Shown: positions 1 through 12,453 of the stretch, in pieces | How positions within the stretch are numbered: the stretch's first letter is position 1 | How the letters are laid out: each line of letters opens with the position of its first letter | NCBI GenBank assembly: GCA_965240325.2 | Contig: OZ251253.1 | Span: 806,001-870,000 of the forward strand | Length of the DNA: 64,000 nucleotides | Direction of reading: 5' to 3' | Source of the DNA: Rebecca billardiae RCC1528 | Taxonomy: Eukaryota; Protista; Haptophyta | Position numbers and translations under genes: made by a program | The notes under the pieces: model-generated | What the model was told of the DNA's origin: nothing | What the model saw: only the letters and a program-made list of their open reading frames with translations | Database searches by the model: none

Positions 1-13
1 CGCCGCGCACGTC

Positions 14-3000
14 GTGCGCGGCGCGTGCGCCGCGCTGCGCGACGAGCTGCTGCTCGACGGCGTGCTCACGCCCACGCAGGCGCACCCGAGCCTCGCCGCC
101 GCGCTGCGCGGCGCGGGCGCGGCGCTGCCGGAGGGCGCGGAGGAGGACGTGGACGCGCTGCTCGACGCGCTGCTCGCGCCCGACGAGGCGTGCGCCGCGT
201 ACCAGCGCCTCGCCGCGCACGACGCGCGCCTGGCCGCGCGCGGCGTGGTGTGCGACGAGGGCGCGGGCCCGCCGCCGAGGCACGCGCGCGCGCGCGTCGA
301 CGTCGAGGCGGTGGCCGACGCGCTGGAGGCGGTGCTCGGCCCGGGCGCGGTGCCGCGCGCCGCGCGCGAGCAGCGGTGGGACGACGCCGCCGCGCTCGCC
401 TCGGCCGCGCACGGCGCGCAGGGCGTCGAGCTCGCGAGCGCAGCCGCGTACGCGGCGGCCGCCGCGCGGCTCGCGCGCGACGGCTTTGCCGCGCACGCGC
501 TCGACGCGGCGCTGCGCGGGCTCACGCGGCTCGTGCGCGCGGCGCGCGCGGCGGCGGCGGCGGCGGCGCGCGCGGCGGGGGCGGCGGCGCGCGCGGCGGG
601 GGCGGCGGTGCCGTCGGTGGAGGAGGCGGAGGAGGAGGCGGAGGCGGTGCCGTCGCCGGAGGAGGAGGCGGCGGAGGCGGCGGAGGCGCCGGAGCCGGAG
701 CCGGAGCCGGCGGACGGCGCGCTCGGCAGCGCGCGCGGCGACTTGGCGGTCAAGTACCGGCGCGAGCTGCGCGCGCTGCTGTGGCACGCGGCGCTCGTGT
801 GCGATCGGTACGGCGTGATCCTGCCGAGCCCGCGCGAGTCGCTCTTCGCGCAGTGGGGCGGGCGTCGCACCGTGCGCGCCGCCGCCATCAGGCTTGCTGT
901 GGCGATCGAGGTGGCGGCGCGCGGCGGCGGCGGCGGCGCGGCGGAGGCGGAGGCGGTGGCGGCGGCGGCGCTCGCGCTCGAGGCGGCGCTCGAGGCGGCG
1001 GTCCGCTTGGCAGCCGAGGACCGCGCGCGGCGCGTGGACGCGCTCTGCGACCAGTGCGACCGCGCCGGCGTCCCGCTCGCCGCCGACGTCCGCACCAAGC
1101 TGCGCTTCTGGCTGGACGAGCCCGAGGTGGCGGCCGCGGCGGCTGAGCTCGCGCGGCTGCTGGCGGCGGACGGCGCGCGCGCCGACGCGCCCGCGGCGGC
1201 GCGCGCGCTCGAGGCGGCGCTCGAGGCGGCGGTCCGCTTGGCAGCCGAGGACCGCGCGCGGCGCGTGGACGCGCTCTGCGACCAGTGCGACCGCGCCGGC
1301 GTCCCGCTCGCCGCCGACGTCCGCACCAAGCTGCGCTTCTGGCTGGACGAGCCCGAGGTGGCGGCCGCGGCGGCTGAGCTCGCGCGGCTGCTGGCGGCGG
1401 ACGGCGCGCGCGCCGACGCGCCCGCGGCGGCGCGCGCGCTCGAGGCGGCGCTCGAGGCGGCGGTCCGCTTGGCAGCCGAGGACCGCGCGCGGCGCGTGGA
1501 CGCGCTCTGCGACCAGTGCGACCGCGCCGGCGTCCCGCTCGCCGCCGACGTCCGCACCAAGCTGCGCTTCTGGCTGGACGAGCCCGAGGTGGCGGCCGCG
1601 GCGGCTGAGCTCGCGCGGCTGCTGGCGGCGGACGGCGCGCGCGCCGACGCGCCCGCGGCGGCGCGCGCGCTCGAGGCGGCGCTCGAGGCGGCGGTCCGCT
1701 TGGCAGCCGAGGACCGCGCGCGGCGCGTGGACGCGCTCTGCGACCAGTGCGACCGCGCCGGCGTCCCGCTCGCCGCCGACGTCCGCACCAAGCTGCGCTT
1801 CTGGCTGGACGAGCCCGAGGTGGCGGCCGCGGCGGCTGAGCTCGCGCGGCTGCTGGCGGCGGACGGCGCGCGCGCCGACGCGCCCGCGGCGGCGCGCGCG
1901 CTCGAGGCGGCGGTCGAGGCGGCGGTCCGCTTGGCAGCCGAGGACCGCGCGCGGCGCGTGGACGCGCTCTGCGACCAGTGCGACCGCGCCGGCGTCCCGC
2001 TCGCCGCCGACGTCCGCACCAAGCTGCGCTTCTGGCTGGACGAGCCCGAGGTGGCGGCCGCGGCGGCTGAGCTCGCGCGGCTGCTGGCGGCGGACGGCGC
2101 GCGCGCCGACGCGCCCGCGGCGGCGCGCGCGCTCGAGGCGGCGGTCCGCTTGGCAGCCGAGGACCGCGCGCGGCGCGTGGACGCGCTCTGCGACCAGTGC
2201 GACCGCGCCGGCGTCCCGCTCGCCGCCGACGTCCGCACCAAGCTGCGCTTCTGGCTGGACGAGCCCGAGGTGGCGGCCGCGGCGGCTGAGCTCGCGCGGC
2301 TGCTGGCGGCGGACGGCGCGCGCGCCGACGCGCCCGCGGCGGCGCGCGCGCTCGAGGCGGCGGTCGAGGCGGCGGTCGGCGTGGGCGAGGTGGCGCTGCG
2401 GGAGTCGAACGAGGCGCGCGCGGGGCGCGTGGACAACCTGATCGAGGCGTGCCGCGCGCACGGCGTGCACGAGCTCGACCGCATCGCGTCCAACCTGCGG
2501 CTCGCGCTCGAGTACGGCGACGTGGCGGGCCCCGTCGGCGCGCTGCAGCGCGAGCTCTCGACCGCGACCGCGGAGCGCGTGTGCGAGCTCGCCGGCGCCG
2601 TGCGCGACGCGGCGATGCGCGCGGTGAACCAGCCCCTCGACAGCGAGCTCGCTGAGATGGGGCTGGGCGCGGGCGGCGGCGGCGGCGCGGGCGGCGGCGG
2701 CGGCGCGGGCGGCGGCGGCGGCGCGGGCGGCGGCGGCGGCGCGGGCGGCGGCGGCGGCGCGGGCGGCGGCGGCGGCGCGGGCGGCGGCGGCGGCGCGGGC
2801 GGCGGCGAGCCGCCGCGCAACAACGACTATGGCGGCGCGACCGACGCGACGACCAACACGAGGGGGAAGACGGTCTTCTACGCGAGGCTCAAAGTGCCCG
2901 GACAATCGGACAAGAAGGAGAGGGTCACGCGGCGGGCGGCGGAGGACGCCTTCGACGCCATGGTGCGCGCGAAGAACCGCGAGGAGCAGATCGTGCCCCT

Positions 3001-3623
3001 CTCGGTCCTGTACCGCCCGACGGAGGAGGAGCGCGCCCTCGTCGCCTCCAGGCCCGAGCCGCCGCCGAAGAAGCGGCTGCCGAAGCAGTGCACCCTGAAG
3101 GGCGTGACCGTCCAGCGGCTGAAGGAGGGCGTCGTGTATCGCGCGCAGTACAGGGTCCCCGGCAGCGGCACCAAGACGAAGGCCGGGCCTCCGCACGCGA
3201 CGGAGCTCGCGGCGCACCTGGATTACAAGCACAGGATGGGCGAGGAGCTCAAGCTGGCACGGCCGCTCGCGCCGGGCCAGCGCGCCGGCGGCGGCGGCGG
3301 CGACGGCACGAAGCGCGGCGACTCGGACGCGTGGACGTTCGAGGAGCGGCTCGTGCTCGCGAAGCACATCCCGCAGGGCGGGCCGCTCACGCGGCTTGAC
3401 TACACGGCAGCGCACGCCGCGCTCGCTGCAGCAAGCGGTGCGCGCGCCGCGCCGCGCTGCGCGGCGGCGCGCGCGCCGCTCGCTCACGCTGCGCCCGCGC
3501 CGCGCCGCCCGCCCCCCGACAGGCTCGTCCTCGGCCCCGCAGCGCACCGAGCGTGCGTGCCAGGAGGAGATGAAGTACCTCATCGCGTGCGCCACCGAGG
3601 CCGGCGGGACGACGAAGACCTGA
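14..3623 (+). CDS. Tandem-repeat protein with C-terminal AP2-like DNA-binding domain(s) and a Myb/SANT-like domain; probably 5'-truncated by the window; intron 3438-3522
   Basis: Long ORF with six near-identical 77-aa repeats and a (GGGGGA)n linker. AP2-like segment LKGVTVQRLKEGVVYRAQYRVPG...HATELAAHLDYK. Splicing GT3438..AG3522 (CTCAC branch-like motif near 3483) joins WTFEERLVL... to SSSAPQRTERACQEEMKYL, giving a Myb-like pattern and a stop at 3623. Confidence 0.7.
1001..2375 (+). repeat. Coding tandem repeat, 6 x 231 bp (one unit 219 bp)
   Basis: GTCCGCTTGGCAGCCGAGGA starts at 1001, 1232, 1463, 1694, 1925 and 2144; units are virtually identical at the DNA level. Confidence 0.95.
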
Positions 3624-4414
3624 CGCGCCGAGAGCGCGAGCGCGCCGCTCGCGGCCGGCCGCGGCCGGCCGCGAGCGGCGAGTCGGCAGGCGAGCGCGCG
3701 CTCGGCGCAGGCGTCCATGTATGTACTACCCGACCTGGCGCCGACGCGTCCGGTCACGTGTCGTGACCACCGCGACGGGGCCGGGGCAGCCGCGGCCGGC
3801 GCGGCCGCGCCGGCGCGCGCAGCTCCCGTGGTGCTTGAGGAGTCTGGAACTATAGCTATCCCTCTAAGCATCCCACCCATAAGTACACATACGAGAATGG
3901 GTAGGCACGCGCGCTTCTCCTATTGAGAACGAAAATTCACATGAATTCGAAACTCGAGTGTAACCTCACAAAAATGGGAAGGTTACAGCCACTACAGTCG
4001 AATAAATATTCTACCGAAACAAATTACTTTTACGATCGCATAACTACAATTCCAATAACTACTATTATCAGAAAGGGTAAGACTCGGGACATTTTCCCGG
4101 AAACGCTCAACAAACAAAGACGTTGGTAACCAACGGAAAATTCAACCAGGTTACGACGGGTTACAGCCATTTAACTAACTAGCCCGCACGACTTGACATG
4201 GCCAATAAGAATTGAAATGACCAATAAGAAAAATAGGACGACATCCGTTCATTCTGAAAACAGTATTATAATAAATAATAATCCTCGCGTCTAATTGTAT
4301 CATACGTTATGATTCAATATCCCACGAATTAAAATAAATAAACCGTCTGCTAGATTACTTTTCTGCTGCGCAGTAGCTTGGATAGCAGCATAATCACTTT
4401 CAACAATTAATAAA

Positions 4415-4723
4415 TAACACGTCTGCTACAGTCGTATTGTTTTTAATAATGCGGCTCTTGCTTTTCATGATTAAACTAAACAAACAGCAGCCGTCAACGC
4501 GCTGAAAGAGAGGCGACTCGCCATGTAACCGGTTACAGGGTTACAAGGTTACAACACGTCGACTTTCAATAAATAAAACATCTGCCACATTATTGTTTTA
4601 GAATAATGCGGCGCTTGCTTTTCATATGATTAAAATTTATAAAAAAAACAGCAGCGTCAACTCGCTGAAAGAGAGGCGGCTCGCCATGTAACCGGTTACA
4701 GGGTTACAAGGTTACAACACGTC
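4415..4723. repeat. Two ~160-bp direct repeats ending in TGTAACCGGTTACAGGGTTACAAGGTTACA
   Basis: About 4420-4560 and 4580-4723 share gtctgc..aataatgcggc..gctgaaagagaggcg..catgtaaccggttacagggttacaaggttacaacacgtcg. Confidence 0.85.
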
Positions 4724-7330
4724 GGAAGGCGGGGGCGGAAGGGCGACGACCTCGTACAGTATGGCGCACGACGCGAAGCACGCGAGTTTGCGGACGAAGA
4801 CCGACGGTCACGCAACCGGTGGCGAACACACGCACCGATCTCTCGACACAGTCACGCCTTCGACACTCTGCTCGCGACCCATGACCGCGGCACCGCAACT
4901 CAAGGACTATTCAAGGTAGAGGGCCCCGCAACTGGCACGACGTTGTGGCCATGCTCGCGCACACAGCCAGCATACTCACCACCAATCGTCTTTACGTCAG
5001 GACGTCATCGGGTATGAAACGAGCAGTGCACGCGGTGCAGCGTACATACCGGCACTACGCTCGCATTCGATCGCGCCAGGTGGATCAGCGGCCCGCTCGC
5101 CGCTCGGCGCACTCGGCTGATGGCAGCGGTACCCTTGTGTGCCGCTGTCGTAGTGCGAGACCCGCCGCAGCGCCACTGTGGGCGGTCATAGACGCGCCCT
5201 CCGCAGTGAAGCACGCTGGGTGCACATCTTCACCGCGCCCCACGCCCGCGCGCGCTCGTGCGCCCCCTCATTCTCTCTAACCGCGCGCCGCGTAGCCCAC
5301 CACTGCCAACTAAGCGGCACGCGCGGCCGCGCAGGCCGCAGACCCGCACCGGCCAGCTGTCCGTACGGCGTACGCAGCGCAACCCGCCACTACACCGTGG
5401 CGCGGGGTCGACGTCTGGAAAGTAGCGAGATGCTGGGTGCCGGCGGGCTCGCCGATCCTCCGAGCCTGAGGTCAGTCCGCCGGAGCGGAGAGTCGGGGCC
5501 ATGCCCATGGCCGCCGCGCGGTGCCAATCACTAATCAGTGCGCATACTGACTACTGAGACTGCGGCATCTGACGCCACTCAGACGCCACTGTGCACTGCT
5601 ACGACTAATATTCACAAACACGCGCCACGACTGACCGGACTCGTGCCGTCTGCCCGGAAGCGGATCTACGAGTGACACCCGCACACGGCCCGGCAGAGCC
5701 ACCCGGCGGCCGCTCGGCTCGGTATATCATGTCTGGCAGCCCGGGCGGGCATCGCCACTGTGAGCCACGAGCCACGCCCGCAAGGCGCAAGTCGCAACCA
5801 CCGTCACGTTCGGGCCGGCTCGGTGCGCGGGTCGGCGCCGCCGCCGCCGTCGGGCGCGCGCGGGCGCACGAGGCAAAGGCCGTGCGCGCGCGGGCGCAGC
5901 GCGCAGCAGGCCTGTCAGCCCAGCCTCGGCCTCAGCCGCCGCCCCTGCCTGCTGCGCCCGCCGCCACCGCCGCCGCCGCTCGCTGGGCCGCGCTCCCCTC
6001 GGCGCCGGCGTGCGCGCCCGCGGCGGCGGTGCCGTTCGGCGCGGCGCGCGCGCGCATAGCCGCCGCAGCTCCCGGCGCAGCCACGCGACCCCGGCCGCGT
6101 CCAGCGCCACGCCGAGCCGGCCGCGCACGTGCGCACGCCCGAGGTGCGCGTGGCGCGCCCGGCCGGCCAGCGGCTGTCCCTCCACCACCAGCGGGCGAGC
6201 GCTGCAGCGGACGCGACGTGCGCGGCGCGGACGCGCGCGCCGCGGAGCGGATCGCCCACCACCACGCCGCGCGCCAGGGCCAGCGAGCCCGGCGGCTCGA
6301 GCAGCAGCACTGCGCGCGCGCTCGGTGCGCGCGCCCGCGGTCGGTTGTGGCGATGCCGGCCTTGAGGCGGCGCGCGCGTGCGCGCTGCCCCGAGCCGAGG
6401 CGAAAGAGGCGTGGCGCAGGTCGTGCGGCGGAGGAGGGCGTCAGATGCTCTCCCGCAACAGCCCGTCCGCATGCGCCGGCTCCGCGGGCACACCCGCGCC
6501 CGCAGCGCCGTGCCCCGTGCGCTCGCGCTCGCCCCGCCTGCGGAGCACGCCATCCGCACCTGGGGGCGCGGGCTGTAACCTTGTAACCTGTGTAACCAGG
6601 TAACTGGTTACATCGGAGGCCAGGGACTCTGGAGGCAGGAGCTGGCAGGTGGAGACCGTAACGGCCGGTTGCGAGCTGGGACGGCCGGTGTAACCCTGTA
6701 ACCTGTGTAACCACGGGTAACTGGTTACATCGGACGCCAGGGACTCTGGAGGCAGGAGCAATAGCAGGTACTAGGTAGTGGGGACCGTAACGGCCGGTCG
6801 CGAGCTGTAACGGCCGGTGTAACCTTGTAACCTGTGTAACCAGGTACTGACTGGTTACATCGGACGCCAGGGACTCTGGAGGCAGGAGCAATGGCAGGTA
6901 GTGGGGACCGTAACGGCCGGTCGCGAGCTGTAACGGCCTGGTGTAACCTTGTAACCTGTGTAACCAGGTAACTGGTTACATCGGAGGCCAGGGACTCTGG
7001 AGGCAGGAGCTGGCAGGTGGAGACCGTAACGGCCGGTTGCGAGCTGTAACGGCCGGTGTAACCTTGTAACCTGTGTAACCAGGTAACTGGCCGTTACATC
7101 GGAGGCCAGGGACTCTGGAGGCAGGAGCTGGCAGGTGGGGACCGTAACGGCCGGTCGCGAGCTGGGACGGCCGGTGTAACCCTGTTACCTGTAACCTGTG
7201 TAACCACGGGTAACTGGTTACATCGGACGCCAGGGACTCTGGAGGCAGGAGCAATGGCAGGTACTAGGTAGTGGGGACCGTAACGGCCGGTCGCGAGCTG
7301 TAACGGCCGGTGTAACCTTGTAACCTGTGG

Positions 7331-8188
7331 GACCCGTTGCACGGGTGAGTAACCGTGAGCGTATGAAAAAACGACAAGCGTATGAAATCTCGCGGTTTTG
7401 TCGCTCGCGCTGCCGCATGGCTGACGTCCGCGCCGATCCGAGCGCAATGGTGCATTGCGAAGCCGATTCGCAATGCACCAATCCAATCCGCATGTCAATC
7501 GACCCAACCGTCGCTGAGAACGAACGACAAAACCCAGGGCAGGTGTCCACCACGAAGCCACGCCGCGCGCGCGCTGGCAGCGTGAGCCGGCGCGGTTGCA
7601 AAGGGTTGCCCAAAGGCAGAGAGATCAGCCAATGCGGCTACCTTCGGCAAGCACGCCACCTCAGCGTCAGCATCGGGTGGGGCCGTGAGGATACATGCCC
7701 TTGGATGCGGCTCCAGCCAAACGGCTCTCGACGCGGGGAGCCGCCATCGGCCGCGAGCGCGTACACGGATACACGTGCTGTCCTCGTGAACGAGGATTCA
7801 GGAGACGAGGCGCGGCCCGCGATGCGCAGGCAAGACCTAGGGAGTGGCTCACGCTTTGATCGCGTGTACGGGTACAGAAGGCGTGCGCACGCAACCGCAC
7901 CGCCTTCGTGAAGCGCGTGGGCAAGCTGCTGAAGCTCTCACGATGCGCGCTTACTTCTCATCTCCGTGCGCTCGCCGACCGCTCACGCTGCCTTCCGCGC
8001 GGCGGACCTGGGAAACCTGCCACCTGGCGCGCACGACGCAGCGCGTAACGCGGAAGGTGGTAGATCTGCTGCCACGCTCCCGCTGCCGCCGCCGGCGGCG
8101 GCAGCGGCATGCCCACGATGCGGCGACGGTGCTGATGACTATCACTGCCAAAGTGTCGTTTTTTCGGCGCTCACGCGTGCAACGGGTC
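7331..8188 (+). mobile_element. 858-bp non-autonomous TIR element, copy 1
   Basis: TIR GACCCGTTGCACG(G/C)GTGAG at both ends plus subterminal GAAAAAACGACA. A near-identical inverted copy lies at 34382-35236. Confidence 0.9.
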
Positions 8189-8923
8189 CCAGGGACTCTG
8201 GAGGCAGGAGCAATGGCAGGTAGTGGGGACCGTAACGGCCGGTCGCGAGCTGTAACGGCCGGTGTAACCTTGTAACCTGTGTAACCAGGTAACTGGTTAC
8301 ATCGGAGGGCAGAGTGTCACCTGTGTAACCAGGTAACTGGTTACATCGGAGGTCAGGGACTGGTCGGGCCAGGAGCAATGGCAGGTAGTGGGGACCGTAA
8401 CGGCTGGTCGCGAGCTGTATCGGCCGGTGTAACCTTGTAACCTGTGTAACCAGGTAACTGGTTACATCGGAGGCCAGGGACTCTGGAGGCAGGAGCTGGC
8501 AGCTGGGGACCGTAACGGCCGGTCGCGAGCTGTAACGGCCGGTGTAACCTTGTAACCTGTGTAACCAGGTAACTGGTTACATCGGAGGCCAGGGACTCTG
8601 GAGGCAGGAGCAATGGCAGGTAGTGGGGACTGTAACGGCCGTCGCGAGCTGTAACGGCCGGTGTAACCTTGTAACCTGTGTAACCAGGTAACTGGTTACA
8701 TCGGAGGCCAGGGACTGGCTGGGCCAGGAGCAATGGCAGGTAGTGGAGACCGTAACGGCCGATCGCGAGCTGTAACGGCCGATGTAACCTTGTAACCTGT
8801 GTAGCCAGGTAACTGGTTACATCGGAGGCCAGGGTGTCTGGGGCAGGAGCTGGCAGGTGGGGACCGTAACGGCCAGTCGCGAGCTGTAACGGCCGGTGTA
8901 ACCTTGTAACCTGTGTAACCAGG

Positions 8924-10528
8924 TCTACTCTACTTAATCGTGTAAAGTGAATCTGCGCGGCAGGTGCGCCCGGAATACGAAAATGCCCACAATTCGGAGT
9001 TTTCTCTATGAAAACCATCGGTTCGGCTGTTTTTACTCGTCAAACCAACGGTTCGACGGTGTTTACTCCGAAAAACCATCGGTTCGGCAATTTTTACCCA
9101 AGGTGCTTGCAGTTGGGACAGTCCTCGCACGTATTGGTCTCGATAAACAAGAATCGGAGTACGCGTTTCGAGTGATGGCTTCGCGATGATTGTAACATGA
9201 TGTTTTTCACTCGTAGTTGATCGTTCGAGGGAAAAATCTTCTCGACGAAACATGGAGGGCCAATCAGGGTCCGTCGATCGATTACAGCCGACGCGACTCA
9301 AGTTAATAGGCGGCTCATTATTTGAACAGCACCGCGATGATACTCGCGCGTCAAGACGGGCCCGCTCGGGCCAGGCTGACCGCCGTGACGGGAGGTCGAG
9401 ATGCCACCGCGGGCGCCGCGGGGCTGCGACCGAGGGTGTGGACCGTCGGGGTGATGTGTGAGCAAGATGTTCACGCCCTGTCACCTGCAACTGTCGACGG
9501 CCGTCCTCCACCTGCACTTCGCCTGCACCTCACGACCGGGTGCCCGGATGACCGATCTGTAACACTCGACGAGTGATCCCGACGGCTCGACGAGTGATCG
9601 AGTGATCCGCACGACGGGCGTCGCTTGCAACTGATCACGGCCGCTCTCCTGCCCGGCGCTCAGGAGGCGCACGCTTGATGCGTGTCCTGCGCGGTTGTCA
9701 CCTAACGACCTGCCCCGGCGGTTGCAACTCTCTACATCTCTCGACGGAGTGGCGCGCCGCCGTCCGCGTTGCTCGACTGGATCTGCGCACCGGGCCTCGC
9801 CTGCAACTGTTTTGATGCGTGCCGTGCCCTGCGCGGTTGGCACCTGGCTGCCTGCCCCTGCTGCTGCAACTCTCGACGGCGGCGCGCCGATCAGTGTTGC
9901 TCGACTGGATGTGCGCACCGGGCCTCGCCTGCAAGTGTTTACGGCCGTCCACCAGCCCTTCGGTCCGAGGCTCAGTCGGCGCGCGCGCTTGATGCGTGCC
10001 GTGCCCTGCGCGGTTGGCACCTGGCTGCCTGCCCCTGCTGCTGCCGAACTCTCGACGGCGGTGCGCCGAATCAGTGTTGCTCGACTGGATTACTGCGTCA
10101 CCGGGCGTCGCCTGCAAGTGTTCAGTACGGCCGTCCACCAGCCCTACATACACGGTGCGAGGCTCAGTAGACAGTAGGGGCGCGCGCTTGATGCGTGCCC
10201 TGCGCAGTTGTCAACGCAGGCTGCACCCGCCACCCGCCCCAGCGTCCGCAGCACTCGGGACCGTGGCGGCAGCAGCTCACCTTGACGATGATATGACGAC
10301 CGTCAGCTGTCTTAAGTATGACGCTGCGGCTGCCAGCTAACCATCAATCTGAGCAGTTCATTTAAGACGAAGTCCTCAGGGCTGGCACGTGCGCACGGCG
10401 GCGTCGTCTGCATCAGCGAGTGCCGAGTCTGCAGCGCGCTGTCTGCACCCGGCTATCAACGTCTGAAGGTGGTCGTGATTCGTGAAGCTGCCGCCGGCGT
10501 GCAGCGGCGGCTGCAACTCACTCTCTAG
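8924..10528 (+). mobile_element. Non-autonomous Helitron-like element (1605 bp)
   Basis: Starts TCTACTCTACTTAAT and ends with an imperfect GC hairpin (gccgccg..gcggcggc, ~10489-10511) then CTAG. Removing it restores the satellite unit exactly (taaccagg|taactggttaca), with no TSD. Internal ~140-200-bp direct repeats at ~9675-10200. Confidence 0.85.
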
Positions 10529-10749
10529 TAACTGGTTACATCGGAGGCCAGGGACTCTGGAGGCAGGAGCAATGGCAGGTAGTGGGGACCGTAACGGCCG
10601 GTCGCGAGCTGTAACGGCCGGTGTAACCATGTAACCTGTGTAACCTGTGTAACCAGGTAACTGGTTACATCGGAGGCCAGGGACTCCGGAGGCAGGTGCT
10701 GGCAGGTGAGGACAGTAACGGCCGGTTGCAAGCTGTAACGATGATTCAG

Positions 10750-11590
10750 AGAGCTCAGAATACCTTGCCGACATTCTGTGCGCCAACCCGTGCAGCGGTT
10801 CATAATCTTCCGCCGAAATTCTGGTCGCCAGTACATACAGCGGCTCGGAATCCCTCGCCAAAATTCTGGGCATCAGTACATGACAACTCTCACAGAGTCT
10901 CATGCCGAAATTCTGGTAGTCGCCAGTACATACAGCTGCTCGGAATATTCTGCCAAAATTCTGGGCTCAACCTATGCAGCAGCTCAGAATCTCGCGCCGA
11001 AATTCTGGGCGCCAGCCCATGCAGTCGCCCAGAATCTCCCGCCGAAATTCTGGGCAACCCATGCAGTCGCTCAGAATCTCCAGCCGAAATTCTAGGCGCC
11101 AGTACATACAGCCGCTCGGAATATTCTGCCAAAATTCTGGGCGCAACCCATACCGCCGCTCAGAATCTCCAGCCGAAATTCTGGGCGCCAGTACATACAG
11201 CCGCTCAGAGCCTTCTGCCAAAATTCTGGGCGTCAACCCATACCGCCTCTCAGAATCTCCAGCCGAAATTCTGGGCGCCAGTACATACAGCCGCTCAGAA
11301 TCCTCCCGCCAAAATTCTGGGCGTGAACATATGCAGCCGGTCAGAATCTCCCGCCAAAATCTTGGGCGTCAACCCATGCAGCCGTTCAGAATATCCTGCC
11401 GAAATTCTGGGCGCCTGTACATACAGCCGCTCAGAATCCTCCCGCCAAAATTCTGGGCGTGAACATATGCAGCCGGTCAGAATCTCCCGCCAAAATCTTG
11501 GGCGTCAACCCATGCAGCCGTTCAGAATATCCTGCCGAAATTCTGGGCGCCTGTACACGAATAGCAGCTCAGAATCTCTCGCCAAATTTC
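10750..11590. repeat. ~45-bp minisatellite (about 18 units, partly alternating A/B dimer)
   Basis: GCC(G/A)AAATTCTGGGCG...CAGCCGCTCAGAATC recurs every 44-48 bp. Confidence 0.9.
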
Positions 11591-12453
11591 AGCGAGATAA
11601 GGCGATGTAACCTGTAACCACCGCCATTCGACTTACCCTCGCCAAAAAAAGCGCAACACCTCCATGCTGGGTAACCACTCGAATAATAACAACTAGCAAC
11701 GAATATACCAGCACCAAGACAATAAAACCCGACCACGGCGAGACGACTATAATTCGACTACCGGAGCAGTCTTAAAACATATATTTCAACTACACCGCGA
11801 TATTATAATTAAATAAAGGCCCGAGTAGTCTTAAAACATCGATCTATTTTATTCCGCAGCATTATTAAAATATGTGCGTATCAGTGTACAATAATATATT
11901 TTATTCCGTAGCATTATTAAAATACGTTCGAATTATACACTGATATTTTATTATAAAATTTCGGAGCAGTCTTAAATTGTAAGTACTAGAGCAGTCTTAA
12001 AATTTATTTGAAAACAATTAAATATTTTGAATGGCATATTTTGAATGGCATAAAAATATGCGGCCGTTAAAATTAAAATCCGTTCATGCACCTTTGTAAA
12101 AAATTAACTAATTTATTAAATACGTGTATTATCACTCATATCGATATTGGATTATTGATGTATCATAACACTACACGTACAGGCACATAGGTGTGCATCC
12201 ATATTTAATCGCATGTACCCGTGTGCTACATGTTCCAGGATTTAGTTATCGTAATTCAGGAGATCATAGTAACCTGTGCATGACCCACATAGGGAGATCG
12301 TTTTTCCCCTCACTAGCCCGCCCAGCTCCCATGCCCCGAACGCCCGTGATCCCGGCTCGCCCTGCCCTGTCTCGCACCCCTGTCTCCGCTGTCAGCCTGT
12401 CTGTCAGTCGCACTCACGGCCGCGCGTCGGACCGTCAGGCCGACTCACGGGCC

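Larger units (their letters stand above)
6574..10740. repeat. ~120-bp TGTAACC-rich satellite (about 15 units), interrupted by two mobile elements
   Basis: Unit tgtaaccttgtaacctgtgtaaccaggtaactggttacatcggaggccagggactctggaggcaggagc...gaccgtaacggccggtcgcgagctgtaacggccgg occurs at 6574-7330, 8189-8923 and 10529-10740. Confidence 0.95.

Noticed and set aside
5800-6570. Intact protein-coding gene
   Set aside because: GC-rich and gene-like, but no recognisable domain or consistent frame, and it is cut off by the satellite; at best a fragment.
6574-10740. CRISPR-like array (hairpin-containing repeats)
   Set aside because: The sequence between hairpins is itself repeated, so there are no unique spacers; no cas genes; eukaryotic context.
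10696-11610. 304-aa repeat-protein ORF and overlapping ORFs
   Set aside because: They arise from a 45-bp minisatellite with indels and are open in several frames on both strands.
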